Assembly (NCBI GenBank): GCA_038207085.1 | Contig: JBBRAE010000052.1 | Location: 1-14,719 of the forward strand | DNA: 14,719 bases | Direction of reading: 5' to 3' | DNA from: Armatimonadota bacterium | Lineage (GTDB): Bacteria > Armatimonadota > UBA5829 > DTLH01 | Shown here: one piece after another, positions 8,679 through 14,719 of the stretch | Layout: each line of letters opens with the position of its first letter | Numbering within the stretch: the first letter of the stretch is position 1 | Program-made: the position numbers and the translations under genes | Notes under the pieces: generated by a model | What the model was told of the DNA's origin: nothing | The model's database searches: none | What the model saw: the letters and a program-made list of their open reading frames with translations, nothing else

Positions 8679-8710
8679 TAATCGGCACCAATGTCCAGCC
8701 CACTTGTCAC
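8679..8710 (-). promoter_or_regulatory. Putative sigma28-like promoter of the luxR-type gene
   Basis: Minus strand reads GTGACAAG-N16-GCCGATTA; -10 is one mismatch from GCCGATAA. Confidence 0.55.
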
Positions 8711-8817
8711 GGTGAGCGACCTTTCCAAACGTAGCATCGTCACCGAAAACCCTGCCTGTGTATACCAGTATGGCATTCCCTGAAGTGTAAGAGCAAAATG
8801 TGGGGCATCAACAGTTT

Positions 8818-9045
8818 ATGAAACACCAGGCGGGCGACAAACTGGCATTCGATATTGAAACTGTGCTTTCCCGAGTCCGCGCTGAGATCAGGGGTTATCC
8901 CAAGGCTGCAATGTTCGATCTCGCCGATCAGGGTCACGTAAGTACAACTTCCCCGATTCAAACTATGACAGAGCTATACACGATCCTCCCGCAACATTAT
9001 TGGACCGAAATCAACGCGCTGCTGGTGCCCTTTGGCAAGCAGTAA
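8818..9045 (+). pseudogene. nth: Endonuclease III (Nth-like) remnant with large internal deletion
   Basis: N-terminal FDIETVLSRVRAEIRGYPKAAMFDLADQG joins directly to C-terminal SPIQTMTELYTILPQHYWTEINALLVPFGK. The HhH core and VDxHV motif are absent and the ORF stops before the Fe-S Cys motif. Confidence 0.75.
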
Positions 9046-9070
9046 AAATGCAGAATTCTCACAAGAAATG

Positions 9071-9100
9071 TTGACAAATCTTCAGATAAACTTGTATAAT
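9071..9100 (+). promoter_or_regulatory. Consensus sigma70 promoter of the tRNA gene
   Basis: TTGACA (9071-9076), 18-nt spacer, TATAAT (9095-9100). Confidence 0.85.
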
Positions 9101-9146
9101 CGTCGTGTTGAAAGCATGGAAGTTACCTTCCCTGCAAACGGAATGT

Positions 9147-9222
9147 TCCCCTGTAGCTCAATTGGCAGAGCGCTTGGCTGTTAACCAGGATGTTCGTGGT
9201 TCGAGTCCACGCGGGGGAGCCA
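9147..9222 (+). tRNA. tRNA-Asn (anticodon GTT)
   Basis: 76-nt cloverleaf: acceptor TCCCCTG/CGGGGGA, D arm GCTC/GAGC, anticodon arm CTTGG-CTGTTAA-CCAGG, T arm CGTGG-TTCGAGT-CCACG, discriminator G, encoded CCA. Confidence 0.98.
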
Positions 9223-9256
9223 ATTTCATGTACGGAACCGATCTCTCGGTAGAATA

Positions 9257-9290
9257 GCCCTGTCGGAGTTTCCGGCGGGGTTTTTACTTT
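9257..9290 (+). terminator. Intrinsic terminator after tRNA-Asn
   Basis: GCCCTGTCGGA-GTT-TCCGGCGGGGT stem with G-U pairs, followed by a T-rich run (TTTTACTTT). Confidence 0.75.
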
Positions 9291-9334
9291 TCTACGGGCA
9301 CGAATTGGGCTTCTCTCGTCATGTTGATGGACCC

Positions 9335-9370
9335 AATCTTGTTGACTCACGCTTCGAGGTCAACAAGATT
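9335..9370. repeat. Perfect 12-bp inverted repeat
   Basis: AATCTTGTTGAC (9335-9346) / GTCAACAAGATT (9359-9370), 12-nt spacer, between convergent transcripts. Confidence 0.6.
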
Positions 9371-9441
9371 TTCACGCTCAGGGATGCGAAAACAGAGTGA
9401 ACGGTTCGGCTCGCGTGTGTTACCTCTCTCCGGTTCCGCAT

Positions 9442-10185
9442 TCAGTCCATGGGGCGTCCATAGTAGTCGCACAGTTTGCCTTCGTAGTCGAGAGTGACGG
9501 GCTTATTGCGATCAAACTCAGGGCTGTTCTTGATAGCATCACGCGTCATGTCCACGTACACCATCGACTCGGCCCAGCTCACCCTATTGATCCACCGGGG
9601 AGACACCAGAACCCTCTTGCCCGGCAACCAGTTGCAGCAGTCCACGAGCAAGTAGCGAATGGTCCATGTGTCTTCGTCCACCATGAAATCCTCCACATGT
9701 CCGATCTCGCCATCGGTCGCCTCGATGTGGTAGTCGGTTACCTGGGACGTGCTTCGCAGGTGTGTATCGCTCTCAGGCTGCTCTGGCGGCACTTCGTCTT
9801 CTTCGGCGGTTCCCATTACTAAGTAGGGAGAAGCCTGGAATCCACCAAACGCAAGACCTCCGCCCCAGTAAATGGGCCAGTCGTAATATCCGTGCAACTC
9901 GGCCTCGTGCTGCCGTGAAACGGGTTTGTCAGTTTCAACGCCCGGGCTGTTTCGCACCTGTTCTTTCGTCAGATTCACCGGAAAAGTCCGTGATTCCCAG
10001 TCGGGGGAATCCAGGGCGACAGGCGAAATCAGGACTTTGCGTCCGGGAAGCCAACCGCCCGTGTCCACCACTACATAGCGGATGGTCCACGCCTGATCGT
10101 CGAAATAGAACTCCGAAACAGTTCCAATATCACCATCATTGGCGCGAATAGTGTAACCAACCAGATCATTCAGACTGCGTTTCAT
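9442..10185 (-). CDS. Tandem PRC-barrel domain protein
   Basis: Two internal repeats: GYTIRANDGDIGTVSEFYFDDQAWTIRYVVVDTGGWLPGRKVLISP and DYHIEATDGEIGHVEDFMVDEDTWTIRYLLVDCCNWLPGKRVLVSP. SD GGAG upstream. Confidence 0.92.
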   Translation of the reverse strand: MKRSLNDLVGYTIRANDGDIGTVSEFYFDDQAWTIRYVVVDTGGWLPGRKVLISPVALDSPDWESRTFPVNLTKEQVRNSPGVETDKPVSRQHEAELHGYYDWPIYWGGGLAFGGFQASPYLVMGTAEEDEVPPEQPESDTHLRSTSQVTDYHIEATDGEIGHVEDFMVDEDTWTIRYLLVDCCNWLPGKRVLVSPRWINRVSWAESMVYVDMTRDAIKNSPEFDRNKPVTLDYEGKLCDYYGRPMD

Positions 10186-10217
10186 AAAGTCTCCGTTCGT
10201 TGTATTGAGTCGTTGCC

Positions 10218-10392
10218 CTAACCAGCATTATTCACGAGTAGTGTGAATAATGCTGGTTAGCCTGTCTGCCGTAATATACCCCAATATCGCTCAGCGAACA
10301 CACAGTCTCTTTAGCCCGCTTTATTCGTGAAACGAATAAAGCTTTCGCTAACAGAGCATTATTCACGCTTACTCGTGAATAATGCGGGTTAG
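10218..10392. mobile_element. MITE-like / palindromic repeat element, 175 bp
   Basis: 23-bp terminal inverted repeats with one mismatch (10218-10240 CTAACCAGCATTATTCACGAGTA; 10370-10392 reverse complement CTAACCCGCATTATTCACGAGTA). Three related internal hairpins. No transposase seen, so mobility is inferred only. Confidence 0.55.
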
Positions 10393-10460
10393 TAGCGTCG
10401 GATTCTCCGCAACGACGGCGTGTACTATATATAAGTGGGTCAGCTTTACATTAATAGGGT

Positions 10461-10685
10461 ATCAAGGAGTTGGAGAAGTCCGGCTTCGATATGAGAAAAC
10501 TGTCCATTGTGGGCAAATACTACCACACCGAAGAGCACGTGACCGGCTATTACACCGTGGGCGACCGCATGATGGCGTGGGGCAAATTCGTGCTCATCGT
10601 CCATGGGACGCCTGAGGAGATCACCCGGGCCAATAGCCTCATGGAACACACCGACCATCAGGGTCTGGCAGAGCACGCAGCATAA
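10461..10685 (+). pseudogene. General stress protein (YflT/DUF1269-like membrane protein) remnant
   Basis: IKELEKSGFDMRKLSIVGKYYHTEEHVTGYYTVGDRMMAWGK joins directly to FVLIVHGTPEEITRA; the Gly-rich hydrophobic middle recalled for this family is absent. In-frame TAG at 10455 suggests the N-terminus is lost. Confidence 0.72.
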
Positions 10686-10790
10686 GTGCTTCCGCTTCCG
10701 TGTAGGGCGTCGCCGCCTGACGAGGGGTGATACGGCGAAATTATTTGGCGTCAGCTTATGCTGGGCATCTAACGTAATGGAGTGACAAAT

Positions 10791-11282
10791 ATGAGAGCGA
10801 CAAGCTCTGTTCTGTTCAGAATGGTCAGTGTCAAGTGGCTACTTGTCGCGGTAGGTATTGTCGCCGCAATGGGCATAGCCGCGTGGTTGTGGCAATTGTC
10901 GGAACGCGACAAAATCTCAGCCGATTTTGATCAGTATCTCAGGGAGTCGGCTTCCCAGTCTGCCGAAATGGTGGGGCGAGCGATAGCCACGTTTGGCAAC
11001 AAGGAGATTGTGGCTGGGAACTGGGACACGGTGCAAGAATACGCCGACGACCTGGTTAGAACGAGATCCGTGGCTTACGTTGCGATACTTAATCGCGAAG
11101 GCATTGCTGTCGTTCATACCAACAGGAGTTTCAAGGGAATCAAGTTCCACGATCCAGGGAAAACTGGAAATGCTGCACACGCGTCGGTTGCAGTCATGAA
11201 CTTGACGCGGCAAGTGGCTACCGTTCATGTCGGCGTCAACATTAGCCAGCGTGCAATGGTTCGACAAGATATGGCGAACTGA
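10791..11282 (+). CDS. Single-TM protein with extracytoplasmic PDC/Cache-like domain, no signalling domain
   Basis: Hydrophobic WLLVAVGIVAAMGIAAWLW, a long helix, then VQEYADDLVRTRSVAYVAILNREGIAVVHTN, a sensor-domain-like pattern. SD GGAG (10779-10782) favours ATG 10791. Confidence 0.7.
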   Translation: MRATSSVLFRMVSVKWLLVAVGIVAAMGIAAWLWQLSERDKISADFDQYLRESASQSAEMVGRAIATFGNKEIVAGNWDTVQEYADDLVRTRSVAYVAILNREGIAVVHTNRSFKGIKFHDPGKTGNAAHASVAVMNLTRQVATVHVGVNISQRAMVRQDMAN

Positions 11283-11325
11283 GGCACGGGCGACGCGATT
11301 GAGTCACACCAACAGGAGGTAAAAA

Positions 11326-12489
11326 ATGACACAGAAGAGGACTTTGCTCACCATCGAATCACTAGCCGAGTTGGCATCGGTTCACCAGCCGCCGTGTCTC
11401 TCGCTTTACCAGCGGACCCATCGGCGCCGTCCCGAGAATCAGCAGGACACGATCCGATTTCGCAACCTTGTAAAAGAGATGGAGACTTCGCTGCGGCAGA
11501 ATTACCCAGAAGTCGATGGCCGACTTCTCATGGAACCGTTTGAGGCTCTCGCCCACGATGATGACTTCTGGAACCACACACTGGATGGCTTGGCTGTGCT
11601 TAGCGGGCCCGGCTTGTTTCGGGTTTTCGGGCTTCAGCGGCCAGTCGTCGAACTCGTCGTCGTGGCCGACAGCTTTCACACCAAGCCTTTGAGACTCTTT
11701 CTGCAATCGGTCGACCGCTATCAGGTTTTGGGATTGAGCCTCAGCAAGGTACGGCTTTTCGAGGGCAACCGTGACGCGCTCGACGAGATCAAGCTGGCAC
11801 CAGGCGTCCCGCGCACCATTTCCGAGGCGTTGGGCGAGGAATTGACCGAGCCACACCAGACCGTCTCCTCCTACGGTGGAGTCGGCGGTGATGCCACGCC
11901 CATGCACCACGGTCAAGGTGGTAAGAAAGACGAGGTGCAGATCGACACGGAACGTTTCTTTCGAGCGGTCGACCGCGCGGTGCTGGAGCATCATTCCCGA
12001 CCGTCGGGTCTGCCGCTGATTCTGGCGGCGTTGCCGGAGCATCATCATCTTTTCCACCAGGTCAGCCATAACTCGTTTCTGATGGCCAACGGAATTACTG
12101 TCAATCCCGATGCCTTGTCGATCGATGAACTTCGGGAGCGTGCCTGGCAAGTCGTAGAGCCGCAGTATCAGGCGCGCCTGGCTGCACTGGCCGACGAGTT
12201 TGCAGTGGCGAAGTCCGATGGTCGCGGCAGTGACGACCTGGCGCAGGTTGCTCAGGCAGCCGCAGGCGGGCGAGTCGCGACGCTGCTGATCGAGTCCGAC
12301 CGCCAGATTGCCGGCCATCTCGACGGCGCGACGGGCCGGGTCGAAGTTGCCGATCTGAGCGACCCGCAAGTCGATGACCTACTCGACGATCTGGGCGAGT
12401 TGGTCGGGAAGATGGACGGCCAGGTAGTGATCATGCCGACGGAGCGGATGCCGGTGCAGACGGGACTGGCCGCGATCTACCGGTATTAG
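11326..12489 (+). CDS. Bacterial aeRF1-like protein (baeRF3/baeRF7-type), Balon-like hibernation factor candidate
   Basis: PPCLSLYQRTH...ENQQDTIRFRNLVKE, FWNHTLDGLAV, VADSFHTKPL, FFRAVDRAV...LPLILAAL, AAAGGRVATLLIE, DLLDDLGELV...GLAAIYRY. Strong SD AGGAGGT. No GGQ or NIKS. Confidence 0.88.
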   Translation: MTQKRTLLTIESLAELASVHQPPCLSLYQRTHRRRPENQQDTIRFRNLVKEMETSLRQNYPEVDGRLLMEPFEALAHDDDFWNHTLDGLAVLSGPGLFRVFGLQRPVVELVVVADSFHTKPLRLFLQSVDRYQVLGLSLSKVRLFEGNRDALDEIKLAPGVPRTISEALGEELTEPHQTVSSYGGVGGDATPMHHGQGGKKDEVQIDTERFFRAVDRAVLEHHSRPSGLPLILAALPEHHHLFHQVSHNSFLMANGITVNPDALSIDELRERAWQVVEPQYQARLAALADEFAVAKSDGRGSDDLAQVAQAAAGGRVATLLIESDRQIAGHLDGATGRVEVADLSDPQVDDLLDDLGELVGKMDGQVVIMPTERMPVQTGLAAIYRY

Positions 12490-12518
12490 GCCAATAACAA
12501 TCACAACAGGAGAAAACC

Positions 12519-12857
12519 ATGCAGATCCAAATCAACACCGACTCTAACATCGAAGGTCGCGAGGCGCTGACCGCTCATGTCAGTGGCGCAGTGGAAAACG
12601 CCCTGAGCCGATTCAGCGATCACATCACCCGAGTGGAGGTCCACCTAAGCGACGAGAACAGCGGCAAGAAGGACGGCAGTGAAGACATGCGTTGCATGAT
12701 GGAAGCCCGCCTCGAAGGCCGCCAGCCAATCGTGGTCACTGATCAGGCAGCGACCTTGGACCAAGCCGTCGATGGCGCTGCACATAAGTTGACCAGATTG
12801 ATCGAGACCATCATCGGGAAGCACCAGCACGCAGGGACGCAAGTAAATTCGGCCTGA
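12519..12857 (+). CDS. HPF/RaiA-family ribosome-associated protein (short type)
   Basis: MQIQINTD...LSRFSDHITRVEVHLSDEN...DMRCMMEARLEGRQPIVVT...AVDGAAHKL; SD AGGAG. Confidence 0.9.
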   Translation: MQIQINTDSNIEGREALTAHVSGAVENALSRFSDHITRVEVHLSDENSGKKDGSEDMRCMMEARLEGRQPIVVTDQAATLDQAVDGAAHKLTRLIETIIGKHQHAGTQVNSA

Positions 12858-12938
12858 AGGCAACTGAAACAACCGGCGCGTGGCAAAGCAGGCTGAGTTT
12901 GATACGCACAAACCGGCTTTCACGAACGAGGTGAAGTA

Positions 12939-13493
12939 ATGGAGCGATCACCGTTCGGAGCTCTGCTCCTTGATATGGGCGGGGTGATTCTGACAAATGG
13001 TTGGGACCGTCACGCACGCGAAAGAGCCGCCGAGCGGTTCAATTACAACCATGAAGAAGGTGGCATGACGCTTGACCAATACCTGGACCACATAGTGTTC
13101 TTCAAAGAGCGGGGATTCCCGCAGGACGACTTCAAGGGTTTCAGGTTCAGCCAGTCGCAGCCATATCCGCACATGCTGCACCTGTTTGCTGAGATCAAAG
13201 CCAGGTACGGAACGAAGGTAGTCGCGCTTTCGAATGAGGGGCGAGAACGGGCGCTTGACCTGGTTCTGTTGCCGCTGGATGCTGTTGTCTACATAGACAA
13301 CACCCCATTTCACGTCGAGGTTGCTTGGGAGCTTGGGATATCGGCGATAGTCCACGTCGATCGCGAGACAACTGTGGCAGCCTTACGAGAAAGATTGGAC
13401 CGTTCTTCTAACGCGCCGCATCATCGAGCCATGTGTAACCGGGCCACGCGCCGTGGCGAATACGATGCCGCGATGGAAAGGACAATAGCATGA
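12939..13493 (+). pseudogene. HAD-superfamily phosphatase (YihX-like), probably inactivated by internal deletions
   Basis: Motif I LDMGGVIL, motif II LSN and motif IV YIDN are present, but SNEGRE runs straight into RALDL with no motif III KP segment. The cap helix also looks shortened and the C-terminus is atypical. The ORF is still open, with SD GAGGTG. Confidence 0.7.
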
Positions 13494-14719
13494 CGACAAG
13501 TATCCAGCGACAGACGAATCCGACAATGCCGCACGCCGGACCCAACCACCACGCTCACATGGCGGCGGATTTCCGGAAACGGTTCTGGATCTCACTGGCC
13601 TTGACCCTACCGATTCTCGCACTCTCGCCTATGCTCCAAAAGCTGGTAGGTCTGCGAGAATCCATTCGTTTTTCCGGCGATATCTATGTCCTGTTCGGTT
13701 TTTCTTCCGCGGTCTTTTGGTATGGCGGCTGGCCGTTCCTCAAAGGTTTGTTCACGGAGGTCAGATCCCGGCAGCCCGGAATGATGACCCTGGTCGCCGT
13801 CGCCATCTCGACCGCCTATCTTTACAGCAGCGCCGTGGTCTTCGGCCTGACCGGAATGATGTTTTTCTGGGAGTTGGCCACCCTCGTTGACATCATGCTG
13901 CTGGGGCACTGGATCGAGATGAAGTCGGTGATGGGGGCTTCAAAGGCTTTGGAGGAACTGGCGAAACTGATGCCCTCGGACGCTCACAAACTCATGCCTG
14001 ACGGCAGCGTGAAGGATGTGCCGCTCACCGAGTTGGCGGTGGATGACAAGGTACTGATAAAACCGGGTGAGAAGATCCCCGCAGACGGCGCCATTGTGGA
14101 GGGCGAGAGCTCGGTCAATGAAGCGATGCTCACCGGCGAGTCAACTCCGGTCGCCAAAAACACTGGCGGCAAGGTTATTGGCGGATCCATCAACGGTGAA
14201 GGCTCGCTAACAGTCGAAGTGAAGGGTACTGGCAAGGATTCCTTTCTGTCGCAGGTCATCGACCTGGTCAAGCAGGCCCAGGAGAGCAAATCGAAGACCC
14301 AAAACCTCGCCGATAGCGCCGCCCGTTGGCTCACTATAATTGCGTTGAGCGGCGGCGCGATCACCTTGTTCATTTGGTTGGCTCTGGCGGGCAAAGACTT
14401 TGCCTTTGCCATCGAACGAGCCGTAACCGTCATGGTGATCACCTGTCCGCACGCGCTCGGTCTGGCGGTACCCCTGGTCGTGGCTGTCTCCACAGCCTTA
14501 GCCGCGAAAAACGGTTTGCTTATTCGTAACCGTGTGGCGTTTGAGAGCGCCCGGAAGATAGAAGCCGTTATTTTCGACAAGACCGGCACGCTGACTGAGG
14601 GCCGCTTTGGAGTGACCGACACTCTGGTGCTAGGCGAGGACATCAGCGAAGAAACGCTGCGGCAGTACGCGGCCTCGGTGGAGGCCAGTTCCGAGCATCC
14701 CATCGCCAAGGCCATCGCC
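13490..14719 (+). CDS. copB: Copper-translocating P1B-type ATPase (CPH type, CopB-like), 5' partial
   Basis: Manually translated open frame from ATG 13490 (ATGA overlap with the HAD stop; SD AAAGGA) to the window end: HHAHM...FRKRFW, PGMMTL, LLGHWIEM, KPGEKIPADG, LTGES, ITCPHALGLA, FDKTGTLT, SEHPIA. Confidence 0.94.
   Translation, partial: MTTSIQRQTNPTMPHAGPNHHAHMAADFRKRFWISLALTLPILALSPMLQKLVGLRESIRFSGDIYVLFGFSSAVFWYGGWPFLKGLFTEVRSRQPGMMTLVAVAISTAYLYSSAVVFGLTGMMFFWELATLVDIMLLGHWIEMKSVMGASKALEELAKLMPSDAHKLMPDGSVKDVPLTELAVDDKVLIKPGEKIPADGAIVEGESSVNEAMLTGESTPVAKNTGGKVIGGSINGEGSLTVEVKGTGKDSFLSQVIDLVKQAQESKSKTQNLADSAARWLTIIALSGGAITLFIWLALAGKDFAFAIERAVTVMVITCPHALGLAVPLVVAVSTALAAKNGLLIRNRVAFESARKIEAVIFDKTGTLTEGRFGVTDTLVLGEDISEETLRQYAASVEASSEHPIAKAIA

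Noticed and set aside
9123..9350. 75-aa minus-strand ORF
   Set aside because: Overlaps the tRNA and its terminator on the opposite strand.
9397..10151. Plus-strand ORFs 9397-9822 and 9762-10151
   Set aside because: Antisense to the well-supported PRC-barrel gene.
10218..10392. CRISPR array interpretation of the repeated palindromes
   Set aside because: Units differ in sequence and length, spacing is irregular, and no cas genes are present.
10216..10395. Integron attC interpretation of the TAAC...GTTAG hairpins
   Set aside because: Units are only ~45 bp, lack the typical extrahelical bases, do not follow cassette ORF stops, and no integrase is present.
10717..10752. Hammerhead-ribozyme-like core (CTGACGA...CGAAA...GTC)
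   Set aside because: Stem II (GGGG/CGGC) does not pair and no stems I or III can be built around the core.
11362..12369. 335-aa minus-strand ORF
   Set aside because: Antisense shadow of the baeRF gene.
13607..14715. Minus-strand ORFs 13607-13909, 13984-14715 and 14207-14452
   Set aside because: The real gene is the plus-strand P-type ATPase, which has no stop codon within the window.

Overview
Bacterial window with two parts split by a tRNA-Asn(GTT) gene (9147-9222). Left part is signalling: a minus-strand chemotaxis operon (cheY-cheX-cheA-cheW), a divergent unit encoding a ~78-aa His-containing helical mini-protein plus a multi-PAS hybrid histidine kinase, a convergent NarL/LuxR-type response regulator, and an endonuclease III remnant. 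Right part is a stress/dormancy-type cluster: a double PRC-barrel protein, a 175-bp palindromic MITE-like element, a deleted general-stress gene, a membrane-anchored sensor-like domain, a Balon-like baeRF protein paired with HPF/RaiA, a deleted HAD phosphatase, and the 5' part of a CPH-type copper P1B ATPase that the ORF track misses. Main points of interest: the mini-protein aligns by eye with the neighbouring kinase's DHp domain and may be a stand-alone phosphotransfer protein; the motif GTGACAAG-N16-GCCGA lies upstream of both the che operon and the luxR-type gene; CheY has a MinD-like membrane-targeting tail; three genes appear to carry in-frame internal deletions. All family assignments come from motif recognition by eye; no searches were run.
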